IMG/VR virus record: IMGVR_UViG_3300047318_000482
Coordinates: 1-64,000 of that record
Length of the DNA stretch: 64,000 bases
Strand: one strand, 5' to 3'
From: a virus
Positions 17,816 to 26,608 of the stretch are shown in pieces. Numbering within the stretch: position 1 is the stretch's first letter; every line of letters begins with the position of its first letter. The notes beneath the pieces were generated by a model. That model was not told the DNA's origin. It did not search any database and saw nothing but the letters and a program-made list of their open reading frames with translations. The translations under genes and the position numbers were made by a program.

Positions 17816-18090
17816 GCCGGACCCCCTTCCGTGTAGTCACTCCGTACGGCCGGCACCGCCGCCAGCCCACCCGACCCGCCCGCCGCCGCATCGGCGGCCA
17901 GCAGGCCCTCCATCCGCTCCCGAAACGCGGCCAGGTCGTGATGCAGACGCGCATCCACCAGCCGACCCGCGGCCTCCTCACGCGCCAACCGGCGCCGCAA
18001 CCGCACATCCCGGCGCACCAGCCCACAAACAACAACCGCCGCGGCAAGCACCGCGGCGGCACAAACACATCGAACGGATCGGCCAGTCAC
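17812..18090 (-). CDS. Small membrane protein (92 aa)
   Basis: N-terminal hydrophobic stretch, GGAGG RBS, ATGA overlap. Confidence 0.5.
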   Translation of the reverse strand: MTGRSVRCVCAAAVLAAAVVVCGLVRRDVRLRRRLAREEAAGRLVDARLHHDLAAFRERMEGLLAADAAAGGSGGLAAVPAVRSDYTEGGPA

Positions 18091-18410
18091 GGCACTCACC
18101 TCCAGCTCTCGAAAACAGGGGGACAGATCAGGGACGAGCCCGCCGAACGGCAGAACCCGGCCCGCGCGTGAACGACGACGGCCTGCGCCGCTCCCACCAC
18201 AACGCAACCGGCACCCCGCCCAGCGAGACCAGCAGCACCACCGGAACCCCCCACCGCACCGAGTGAGCAGCGAGCTGTAAGACGAATGCGGGCATGACGG
18301 AACTCCGATCGGCGACAGCCGGGATGAGGAACGGAGGATCGAACTGATGGGACGGACAAGGGGCGGGGCGTTCAGATGACCCCGCCCGACGGACTACAGG
18401 CGGGCGGCAG

Positions 18411-20186
18411 TCACGCGGCGGCCTGAGCCGCGTGGAGGACGGCCCGCAGGCGTGTCCCGATCCACTCGCCGACCTGCGGACTCACGGCGTTGCCGAAGCC
18501 GTCGACCTGGTTACGGGCGCTGCCCCAGACGATGAACTTGCCTTCGTAGTTGGGGAAGTCGACGTCGAAGCCGCATCCGCGGCCGACCTCGTGCGCGGCC
18601 ATCATCCGGAAGTAGCAGTCTTCGAGAGGGAGATCCTTGAGGGCGGCTCGCCATTCGGCCATCAGGAGCGCCGTTGTGTCATGGGCGGTGACCGTTCCCA
18701 CCGGGTCGGTCACCGGGTGGGGTGCGGTCTTCCCGTTCTCCTTGTACCAACCGGAGAAGAGGAGGGACTGGGAAGCGGAGGAGCCGACGAGCGTCCCGAG
18801 CGGGTTGGTGACGGGGTAGGCGCGGTAGCGGGCCTCGTCGATGGACCCGTTGTTCTTGATGGTTCCGGCGGCGGTGAGGAGGCCGGGGATTTGGTCGGAG
18901 GTGACCGTTGGCATTGCCTCGGCGTGCACGGTGGGCAAGGTGTTCTGGCGGAATGGGACGACGCCGGACGATACGACGGCGATGGTCTCCGACCCGACCT
19001 GGGTGGGTAGCGCTTCGGCAGCGCCCCGCGGGCTGCCCTGGTAGTTGTCCACGGCGAGCGCGACGGGGCGACCGGCCGAGAGGATCGATGTCTCCTGCTG
19101 GCTGGTCTGCGTGGACATCGGCTGCCACGGGGTCCGCTCGGTTCCGTGCACGCCCTTCGCCGGCATGAGGACCGCGGGGAACTCAGCGAACCGCTGACGG
19201 CAGCGTTCCGCGCGCGCCATCGTCGACGCGGCGAGGGGGCCGGTCGACCCGTCCTTGTGCTTACGGACCGGCTTGTCACCGATCCGGGTTCCGAGGTCGG
19301 TGAGGTCGAGGGCGGCGAGTGACGGGGTCATCGGCGGGACGACCGGGAACCGGCACGACGGGCACCGGTACTCGTACTGCTTGCCGTAGCGCACCGACCC
19401 GCTTGCCGGAACGCCGGTCTTCCACGCCCACACCGCCTCGACGTCCTTGTCGCAGTGGTGGCACCGGGACACCGGCCGGTGGTCGAGGTCGGGGGCAGGC
19501 AGGGACCTGTCCCAGAACGCGATGTACAGGCGATCGCGTGACTGCGGTACGCCGAAGAACATCGAGTTCAGGTACAGCACCTTGTGCCGGTAGTTGAGAA
19601 GGTCGAACTGCTTGAGCCACCACCGGTAGGTGCTGCCGTCCCCGACCTTCGTCCGGCCGAGCACGGCCGGCCCCCACGACGTGAGTTCGGTGGTGCACTC
19701 GACGAGGATGAGTCGCGGGTGGTGCTGGGCTGCGTAGTGGAGGACGCAGTTCGCCGTGGCGCGGTCACGTTCCGACTTCGTGACCCGGGCCTCGAAGTCG
19801 GGGTCTTCCATGCCGAACAGGGTCAGGCCCTGTTCGTACGCCCGGACCGTGTTGGCCTGCGAGTGGTTGACGCAGCTCACGCCTGCGACTAGGAGGTCGG
19901 CGGCGGGGAGGTCACGGGCCGAGTGGTAGTCGGCTGCGGTGGGGTCGACCAGGTCGGCGATCCAGTGCTCGGTGTCGGGGTGGTTCGCCTCATGGACCTC
20001 GATCTTATAGGCGTTGTGGTTCGCAGCCATGATCGTCGTGAACCCTGCCCGCCGGATGCCGTCCGTGAGGCCGCCGAACCCGGAGAACAGGTCGACTGCG
20101 ACCAAGTCGTCGTGGCGGAATCGGCGGCGTCTGGTGGCCGGCCGGTACGTGGCGGTCCGGATCTTCTTCTTGGACGCGACGGCCAT
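18411..20186 (-). CDS. Orphan DNA (cytosine-5) methyltransferase, 591 aa
   Basis: Motif I DLFSGFGG, IV AGVSC, VIII PQSRDRLY, IX/X RMMAAHEVGRGCGF...GNAVSP. Confidence 0.9.
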   Translation of the reverse strand: MAVASKKKIRTATYRPATRRRRFRHDDLVAVDLFSGFGGLTDGIRRAGFTTIMAANHNAYKIEVHEANHPDTEHWIADLVDPTAADYHSARDLPAADLLVAGVSCVNHSQANTVRAYEQGLTLFGMEDPDFEARVTKSERDRATANCVLHYAAQHHPRLILVECTTELTSWGPAVLGRTKVGDGSTYRWWLKQFDLLNYRHKVLYLNSMFFGVPQSRDRLYIAFWDRSLPAPDLDHRPVSRCHHCDKDVEAVWAWKTGVPASGSVRYGKQYEYRCPSCRFPVVPPMTPSLAALDLTDLGTRIGDKPVRKHKDGSTGPLAASTMARAERCRQRFAEFPAVLMPAKGVHGTERTPWQPMSTQTSQQETSILSAGRPVALAVDNYQGSPRGAAEALPTQVGSETIAVVSSGVVPFRQNTLPTVHAEAMPTVTSDQIPGLLTAAGTIKNNGSIDEARYRAYPVTNPLGTLVGSSASQSLLFSGWYKENGKTAPHPVTDPVGTVTAHDTTALLMAEWRAALKDLPLEDCYFRMMAAHEVGRGCGFDVDFPNYEGKFIVWGSARNQVDGFGNAVSPQVGEWIGTRLRAVLHAAQAAA

Positions 20187-21067
20187 CAGGCGGCGCTCCT
20201 TTCCGTGTCGCCGCTCTGCGCGGCCGCCTTGAGTTCCTGGATGCGTCCGTCCACCAGCTCGTCGAACGTCGTCCACGCGTGCTCGGGGGGCGGCCCCTGG
20301 ACCCGGTGGTCCGACAGCCCCTTCTGCTTGCCCTCGATCTGGATCTGAACCAGCGCCAGGCGGTTGTCCCAGCAGTCCGCGATCTGCTTCATCAGCCGCG
20401 GCAGCGGGCCAGGGCCGCTCTCGGGGTCCGTGTCCTGCTCCGGTGCGGGCCGGTTGTGCTCCTCGGAGGGAGACGGCCGAGCGGCCGACAAGATGCCGTC
20501 GTCCTCAGCGCTCTTCGCGTGCTCGGTCTGTGCCTCCCGCAGATCCGACTTGGCCCACAGGTCCAGAGCGGCACCGAAGCGCATGGCCGCGTTCCGAAGG
20601 GCATCACCGATGGCTTCCTTCACGGCGTTGGGGCCCTTCTTGCCCTGGGCGTCGCCGTACCCCAGCCGGGTCTTCCCGCAGACCGTCAGACGGATCCACA
20701 GGCCACCGTCGGCGTCGAACAGGGGCAGACCCCGATCGTCCGAGGCGACCGGCTCCCAGTCCCACAGCGGGTCGGCGTCCAGCAGCCGGTTCGTCAGTTC
20801 GGCGTGCCCGACGTAGTCCAGGTGCAGATGCCAGACGCTGACGTAGTTCCCGCACTCCTTGCACTCCTGCTTCGCGTGGCGCGGGTTCTCGCACACGCCA
20901 GTACGGGAGTTGCGGCAGGCACCGCACTTGAGCCGGGGAAGGTGCTGGATCTGCTCGATCGGGAAGTCCTCGCGCAGCTTCGCGAGTCCAGCGGCCTGAT
21001 TTGGGGTGTGCGAGGTGGGGCCCTCCGCCGTCGTGCCGGTGGCGGGGGCCTCAATGCCCTGCGGCAT
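20186..21067 (-). CDS. Rad52/Rad22 (Sak)-like ssDNA-annealing recombinase with N-terminal Zn finger
   Basis: LDYVGHAELTNRLLDADP.W.W, RLTVCG.TR.GYG, KEAIGDALRNAAMRFG.ALDLW. Confidence 0.82.
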   Translation of the reverse strand: MPQGIEAPATGTTAEGPTSHTPNQAAGLAKLREDFPIEQIQHLPRLKCGACRNSRTGVCENPRHAKQECKECGNYVSVWHLHLDYVGHAELTNRLLDADPLWDWEPVASDDRGLPLFDADGGLWIRLTVCGKTRLGYGDAQGKKGPNAVKEAIGDALRNAAMRFGAALDLWAKSDLREAQTEHAKSAEDDGILSAARPSPSEEHNRPAPEQDTDPESGPGPLPRLMKQIADCWDNRLALVQIQIEGKQKGLSDHRVQGPPPEHAWTTFDELVDGRIQELKAAAQSGDTERSAA

Positions 21068-21148
21068 GAGGTCTCCTAGAGAGATCGTTCCAAAGGATCG
21101 GGGCGGCCGACCCAGGCGGTGGAGACCGGGCCGGCCACACCCGGGCCG

Positions 21149-21751
21149 CTACTCGGCGGCCTTCGTCTTACCCGCTGCCGTGAACCGGTCCACCAGCCAG
21201 GCCCCGATGACGTGCGACGCACGCGGCGCCCACCCGAACTCCGCCGCGTGATCCGCGCCGAAGTCCTCGGCACGCTCCCGCAGGGAGGCGTCCACACGGA
21301 CGTTCAGGTTGGCCTTCTCCCCGCCCGTGCCGCGGGCGGCGCGCTTGGGCTGGTCCGGGACGAACGTGCCGTCCAGGAACGCCTCCAGCGCCTTCCTCGC
21401 CTCGGTGGGGACGCTGATGTCCTGGCCCGGGTTCGCGGCGGCCGCCTCAGCGACGGCCGCATGGATCTCTTCGCGGGTGGCCTTCAGCATCTGGATCGGC
21501 AGGTTCGGCGACAGAGTGTCCGCGCTACCGCCCGCCTCGGGTGCGGACCGGCGCAGCCGGCCCCATCCGTTCGGGGCCAGGACCAGGTCCACCGCGTCCG
21601 CCAGCTCCGGCGAGTCGACCTCGCGGAGGCGTGCTGCGGCGGCATTGAGTTGGCTGCGCAAGCTGGTGTCCCTGCTCGGCATGCGGTGTCCTCTCGGCGT
21701 GCGCCGTTCGGACCTGGGACGGTTCGGCGGGCGCGTGGGGGCGTTTGCCAC
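21149..21751 (-). CDS. Candidate repressor with two ribbon-helix-helix-like units
   Basis: PNLPIQMLKATREEI and ANLNVRVDASLRERA; divergent from WYL gene across the operator palindrome. Confidence 0.55.
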   Translation of the reverse strand: MANAPTRPPNRPRSERRTPRGHRMPSRDTSLRSQLNAAAARLREVDSPELADAVDLVLAPNGWGRLRRSAPEAGGSADTLSPNLPIQMLKATREEIHAAVAEAAAANPGQDISVPTEARKALEAFLDGTFVPDQPKRAARGTGGEKANLNVRVDASLRERAEDFGADHAAEFGWAPRASHVIGAWLVDRFTAAGKTKAAE

Positions 21752-21772
21752 GCCAGTCTCCCCTTTCTTCTA

Positions 21773-21877
21773 TGCGTACGCCATGGGCTATGGCGTCGGT
21801 CGCCGGTACGGAACCGTCCCGGTGACCTCAACAATACCCACATTTCTATTGCGTACGCAATGGGCAACGTCTATCGT
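21773..21877 (+). promoter_or_regulatory. Promoter/operator cassette 3: ATTGCGTACGCAAT (21848-21861), -35 TTGCGT, N17, -10 TATCGT; degenerate copy at 21773-21787
   Basis: Same palindrome, inverted orientation, driving the WYL gene. Confidence 0.75.
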
Positions 21878-21909
21878 GGACACCACACCGCACCAACCAG
21901 GGGGACCCG

Positions 21910-22344
21910 ATGAAGCTCACCAACCGGCAGCCGCAGACCAAGACCCTCGCCGACCTCTACCGAGCCATCGACCGCCACCACGCCGTCACCATCACCTACA
22001 CCGACCGCGACGGCGTCACCACCATCCGCACGATCGAGCCCTTCGAGTTCAGCACCACCAAGGACGGCAGCATCCGCGTCCACGCCATGTGCCGCCTCGC
22101 CGCCACCGAAACCCCCGACGACGCCGAGCGCACCTTCACCGTGACCCGCATCTCCGCCTACACCCTCCACCGCATCGCCTTCGTCCTCACCCGCCCCGCC
22201 CCCACCACCTACGAGCGCCCCGCGCTGGCCCCCACCGACGACGAGACCGCGCTGATCTGGTTCGAGCTGGAGCGCGACCCCGACGACGCCGACTACCGCC
22301 CCCGCGTCCGCCTCACCCAGACCGACACCAGCCTCGCCGCCTGA
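21910..22344 (+). CDS. Stand-alone WYL-domain protein
   Basis: LYRAID....VTITYTDRDG.TT.RTIEP ... HAMCRL ... ERTFTVTRI. Confidence 0.85.
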   Translation: MKLTNRQPQTKTLADLYRAIDRHHAVTITYTDRDGVTTIRTIEPFEFSTTKDGSIRVHAMCRLAATETPDDAERTFTVTRISAYTLHRIAFVLTRPAPTTYERPALAPTDDETALIWFELERDPDDADYRPRVRLTQTDTSLAA

Positions 22345-22357
22345 CCCCGGACATGAC

Positions 22358-22394
22358 GAAGGCCACCGCCCCGTACGGGGGTTGGTGGCCTTTC
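22358..22394 (+). terminator. Intrinsic terminator
   Basis: GAAGGCCACCGCCCC-GTAC-GGGGGTTGGTGGCCTTTC. Confidence 0.7.
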
Positions 22395-22470
22395 ATACCG
22401 GTCGCGCACTGCGCAGCATAGCTTTTGACGTTGCCACGCCGCCACCCCCCGGTTTTGCAGAGAGGATCCC

Positions 22471-22761
22471 GTGATGATCGGCGTCATTGACGTGGTCGAG
22501 GTGCTGGTCATGCTGTCCCCGGACACGGAGGCCGGCGAGGGCATGGACGTCGCCGACGTTCTGCCGCGCAAGCGGCAATCCCCGCACTACGCGCGCCTGA
22601 TGGAGGAGATCCGCCGGGAGGGGATCACGGTCCCGGTCGTCATCGACTTCTCCGGAGCGTTCCCCGAGCTCCTCGAGGGCCACCACCGTGTCGCGGCCGC
22701 TGTCGACCTGGGCCTGCCGGCCGTCCCCTGGTCCAGCGTGCCCCTGCGCATCGACGACTGA
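22471..22761 (+). CDS. Stand-alone ParB/sulfiredoxin N-terminal domain protein (96 aa)
   Basis: L.EEIRREGITVPVVI...LLEGHHRVAAAVDLGL..VP. Confidence 0.75.
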   Translation: MMIGVIDVVEVLVMLSPDTEAGEGMDVADVLPRKRQSPHYARLMEEIRREGITVPVVIDFSGAFPELLEGHHRVAAAVDLGLPAVPWSSVPLRIDD

Positions 22762-23015
22762 CACGCCGGGGGAAGGCGCCTCGGACAAGGTCCGGCATCC
22801 GGCATAGCGTGCTTGCAAGGTGCCGTGCGGGCCCCATCCTCGTGCCGCACCCCCTCTGACGTGGACGGTTGTAAAACTTCGGCCACCCCCCACCAGGAGA
22901 GGCTTCGCGCGCGGCGCCCCCGCACTTTCCCCGCGCACCGCCACCACCGGCCTCCTGGGTGGACGTGCCTCCGAAGTTTTGAAAGAAGATCCCCGATTCG
23001 GGCACACTAAGAACC

Positions 23016-23876
23016 ATGGATGCCGAGGAACTCCTGCACGCATGGCTCGACGGCTCCGCCCTGCGCCACTCCACCCGCGCCGAATACCAGCGCGAGATCA
23101 CCGGATTCCTCACCTGGACCGCACGCCAGACACCCCCCGTCGACCCCGTCACCGCCCGCCCCGCCGACATCGCCGCCTGGGCCGCCGCCACCCACCTCGC
23201 CCCCTACCTCGAGGGCCGGCCCTTCGACGGACCCGACGCGCTGGCCCAGCTCGCCGCCCGCCACCCCGAAGCAGCCCGCTCCCACGACCGCCGCATCACC
23301 GCCCTCACCCAGTACTACGAAGCAGCCGTGAACCGCGGCCTGATCACCCTGCCCCCCAACCTCACCGTCCTGCGCAGCGGCGTCCCCCGCCCCGCCGGCG
23401 CCAAAAACCGCCTCACCCGCATGGAACGCGCCGTCCTGTTCACCGTCATCGGCGGCTGGGGCCCCGCCCGCTCCCGCCACTACCAGCGCGACCGCCTCGC
23501 CGTGTACCTCCTCCTCGAAGGCCTGCGCCCCTCCGAAGTCATCCGCGTCGACACCCGCCACCTCTACCCCCACCCCGACGGCACCTGGGACGTCCGCGCC
23601 CCCGACGACCACGAGAACACCGGAAAGAAGTTCACCCTCGAACCGTTGACCGGCGCCGCCCTGAAGGACTACCTGAAAGTCCGGCCCGAGCCCGCCGACC
23701 CCGACACCCACAACCTGCTCCTCAACCAGTCCCGCCGCGCCCTGCAATACCAGTGGGTCAACCAGGTCGTCGGACAGATGGCCGCCACCCACCCCCTCCT
23801 CGCCGAACGCGACCCCGGCGTCACCGCCGACACCATCGCCCACACCGGCTACTGGGACACCCCGGCACCTCAGTAA
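23016..23876 (+). CDS. Tyrosine-recombinase-like protein, apparently catalytically inactive
   Basis: SAM-like core-binding domain, RDRL...GLRPSE; box II reads TADTIAHT and the protein ends before the nucleophile helix. Confidence 0.75.
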   Translation: MDAEELLHAWLDGSALRHSTRAEYQREITGFLTWTARQTPPVDPVTARPADIAAWAAATHLAPYLEGRPFDGPDALAQLAARHPEAARSHDRRITALTQYYEAAVNRGLITLPPNLTVLRSGVPRPAGAKNRLTRMERAVLFTVIGGWGPARSRHYQRDRLAVYLLLEGLRPSEVIRVDTRHLYPHPDGTWDVRAPDDHENTGKKFTLEPLTGAALKDYLKVRPEPADPDTHNLLLNQSRRALQYQWVNQVVGQMAATHPLLAERDPGVTADTIAHTGYWDTPAPQ

Positions 23877-23909
23877 GATCGCAGCCACCACGCACGTTGA
23901 GAGGCAGCG

Positions 23910-24131
23910 ATGACACTGACGCCCGGCGAGTACGAGTTCACCTGCAGCGAGTGCCACGGCGACGGGTCTTTGCAGGCCGTCACCGGGGACGAGGACGACC
24001 AGCCCATCCAGGTGTGGATCCAGTGCGAGGACTGCCACGGGGACGGCACCGTGACCGTGGACGAGACGGACGCAGCCGAGCGGATCCTTGAACTCGGGCA
24101 CACGCCGCTCCGCACGCCTGCAGCTCCGTAG
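23910..24131 (+). CDS. Small DnaJ-type Zn-finger protein (73 aa)
   Basis: CSECHGDG and CEDCHGDG. Confidence 0.7.
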   Translation: MTLTPGEYEFTCSECHGDGSLQAVTGDEDDQPIQVWIQCEDCHGDGTVTVDETDAAERILELGHTPLRTPAAP

Positions 24132-24132
24132 G

Positions 24133-25233
24133 TCAGGCAGGGTCGGTGAAGCGGTCGACGAGGTGGTCGTACACGGCGACTGCGGCCGCGGCGTGCTTCC
24201 GCCGACGCTCGCCGGAGTCCCGGCGCCGGATGTAGCGCAGCGTCGTTTCGATCGCGGCGTGGTCGGCGTACTCCTGGATCTCCTCGACGGGCGTGTGCGC
24301 GTCGTGCATGTGGGTCAGCTTGGAGGCGCGCAGCACGTGCGGGGTGAGGTCTCTGCCCGGTAGGACGCCGGCCTGCTTGCCGAGGCGGGTGAGGAGCCGG
24401 TCGATGGCGTGCCGGTCCATGGGCTTGTCGTCGTCGTCCAGGAGGAGCGCGCCGGTGGTGCGGTCGGCGGTGGCGACGTCGATGAGGTCGCACAGCCGCT
24501 CGGGCAGGGGCCACACGCGGCCCTTGCCGCCTTTCCTGCGCAGGTCCAGGGTGCGCTGGTCGTTCGCCTCTTTCAGGTGGTGCAACTGGGCGACGACGGC
24601 TTCGGAGACGCGGCCGGCGAGCGTGTAGAGCAGGACGGGGACGAGGGCCTGGCGGGCGGTGCCGGCGGCGTTCACCAGGGCCTGGAACTCGGGGACTTCG
24701 AGGATCGGCGTGGCGGTGGTCTCGTCGCGTGGGTCGACCTTGGGCCGGTCGTGCTTGGTGACCGGGGAGAAGAGGGACTGGTTCTTGGTCTTCCAGCGGG
24801 CGTACTCGGACAGTGCGGTGAGGACGGACAGGCGCCGGTTGATGGTGCGGGGCGCCTTCCCTTGTGCCTTCTGCGTCTTGGTCCAGGTCTCGATGATGCC
24901 GGGGGTGATGGCGCCGACGAACAGCCGCTCGTGACCGCCGAGTTCGCGGGCGACTTGGGCCCAGAGGCGGAGGTCGTCGGCGTAGGCCTGCTTGGAGGTG
25001 ACGGCGGGGACGGCTTCCGAGCCGAGCCAGGAGGTAACGAGGAGGAACGTGTCACGGTCGAGGACTTCAGCGAGGATCTCGAGGCGGTAGCGGCGCTCCC
25101 CGAGACGTCGGGTGACGGGGTCGCGGGGGGCGACGGTGCCGAGCGTGTCGCGGAGCCAGTACAGGGCCTCTTGCGCGGCGCCCGGACGTTCCAGTTCCGC
25201 GCGCGGTCGCGCGGTGACGGTCCGGTCGGTCAC
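24133..25233 (-). CDS. Tyrosine recombinase/integrase (XerC/D-like), 366 aa
   Basis: AGRVSE, RKGGK, TPHVLRAS, ADHAAIETTLRY: full R-K-H-R-H-Y set. Confidence 0.92.
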   Translation of the reverse strand: MTDRTVTARPRAELERPGAAQEALYWLRDTLGTVAPRDPVTRRLGERRYRLEILAEVLDRDTFLLVTSWLGSEAVPAVTSKQAYADDLRLWAQVARELGGHERLFVGAITPGIIETWTKTQKAQGKAPRTINRRLSVLTALSEYARWKTKNQSLFSPVTKHDRPKVDPRDETTATPILEVPEFQALVNAAGTARQALVPVLLYTLAGRVSEAVVAQLHHLKEANDQRTLDLRRKGGKGRVWPLPERLCDLIDVATADRTTGALLLDDDDKPMDRHAIDRLLTRLGKQAGVLPGRDLTPHVLRASKLTHMHDAHTPVEEIQEYADHAAIETTLRYIRRRDSGERRRKHAAAAVAVYDHLVDRFTDPA

Positions 25234-25496
25234 CGGTCTTCCTCGGGCGAGTGCTCGGCGTGGAGCTTGGCGGCCTGATCCCATGTCAAGGCGCGCCGCC
25301 CGTAGACCTCTTGGGACCCGAGGGTGTCGAGCTTCTCCAGGAGTCGCTGGGTTCGCTCCCGCGCGTCGCGAGCGGCTTCCTCGGCGTACCAGTCGACGAG
25401 TTCCTGTTGCGTGGCGTCCAGGACGACGAAGGCATCGACCACGCTGGAGAAGACTGCGAGGCGTCCGTCTGGCTGCTTGATGATCTGGTGGCCCAT
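25230..25496 (-). CDS. Hypothetical protein (88 aa)
   Basis: GTGA-coupled to the recombinase. Confidence 0.65.
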   Translation of the reverse strand: MGHQIIKQPDGRLAVFSSVVDAFVVLDATQQELVDWYAEEAARDARERTQRLLEKLDTLGSQEVYGRRALTWDQAAKLHAEHSPEEDR

Positions 25497-25566
25497 GATC
25501 CGAGGCTACCCCGTTCGTTCTTAACACACGTTATGCGCATCCCCCAGGGCGATCCTGCCGCGAGCG

Positions 25567-25938
25567 TCAGTCCACAGACGGGAACTCGTGCACCCGGCTC
25601 CAGAGCTGCCAGCCCCCGTCGCTGCGCTCATGCCACCCGTCGAACTCCGGTCCGTGCTCGATGAAGTGCTCCAGGACCTGGAGAGCCCACGAGGTGAAGC
25701 CGGCGCGCAATTCCTCGCGCAGTCCTGGCCTGACGACCACCCGCGCAGCTATGCCCTTGCCAACGTCCTTTACGAGCACGCAGCCGTGTACGTCCGGTTC
25801 GTCTTCACGGCCGAAGTCGACCTCTTCCACGGGCCAGCCGTAGGTGTCGTTCAGCTTGCGTTCTGCGTCCGATGCCACGATCCCAGCATGCCTGACCGTT
25901 GATCGTCGCTCGGCCAAATATCCATTATCCGGAGCCAA
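25567..25938 (-). CDS. Hypothetical protein (up to 123 aa)
   Basis: ORF with plausible composition; start uncertain. Confidence 0.45.
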   Translation of the reverse strand: MAPDNGYLAERRSTVRHAGIVASDAERKLNDTYGWPVEEVDFGREDEPDVHGCVLVKDVGKGIAARVVVRPGLREELRAGFTSWALQVLEHFIEHGPEFDGWHERSDGGWQLWSRVHEFPSVD

Positions 25939-26286
25939 GCGCGCCGTTGCCCCTACTTCCGCGCCGCCTCCGGCTCATCACGCAACAGTCCGGCCTCGCA
26001 AAGCATGGCGACTTGATGCCTGGGGTGGGACTTTCCCAGCTCGGCCCACCCGCACAAACAGCTGCTGATGTTGCGACGCTGATGCTTGACGAGAATCAGC
26101 TCGGCCGCCGTCAGAGAGTCCATACCGACAGTCTGGCTTCGCTGCCGTCGACCGTTCCCCCTGCTGCCGAGCCGTAGGGCAGCTTATCGCTGATCAGAAA
26201 TCGTGATCCCTCGGCGACGACACAAGACGACGGTGCGTCAGTTTCCTCGGCAGGAGCGATCCCCCGGTCGTGCGGCTCTTCATGTC

Positions 26287-26496
26287 CTACGACTCTTCGC
26301 GCGCGGCTTTCACGAGTAGACGGATCTGCTCACGCGTCCACCCGGTGACGCGTGCCGCCTGGGCCTGGGCGCCGCGCTCTTCGGTACTGCTCAGTGCAGA
26401 GATGACCTCGGCGCGCAGGTCGGCCCGTGCGGCATCGAGGGCCTCTTCGGCGTCGCGGTAGCGCTGGGCTGCAAGTTCGAGCTTGGCGGTGTCCAT
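26287..26496 (-). CDS. Small HTH regulator (69 aa)
   Basis: Coiled coil then GAQAQAARVTGWTREQIRLL HTH. Confidence 0.7.
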   Translation of the reverse strand: MDTAKLELAAQRYRDAEEALDAARADLRAEVISALSSTEERGAQAQAARVTGWTREQIRLLVKAAREES

Positions 26497-26520
26497 GCTG
26501 CACATCATGCCATCGGATTG

Positions 26521-26579
26521 GCCAAGTCGCTAGGCCGAATCGCTTGACAAAGCCAAGTCCCTAGGCCAAGCTCTAGGGC
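26521..26579 (+). promoter_or_regulatory. Divergent promoter with operator repeats GCCAAGTC(G/C)CTAGGCC (26521-26536, 26552-26567) flanking TTGACA (26544-26549)
   Basis: Two near-identical 16-mers plus a third partial copy between divergent genes. Confidence 0.65.
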
Positions 26580-26608
26580 ATAAGGGAATGGCGAGCAGGG
26601 GAGACGCA

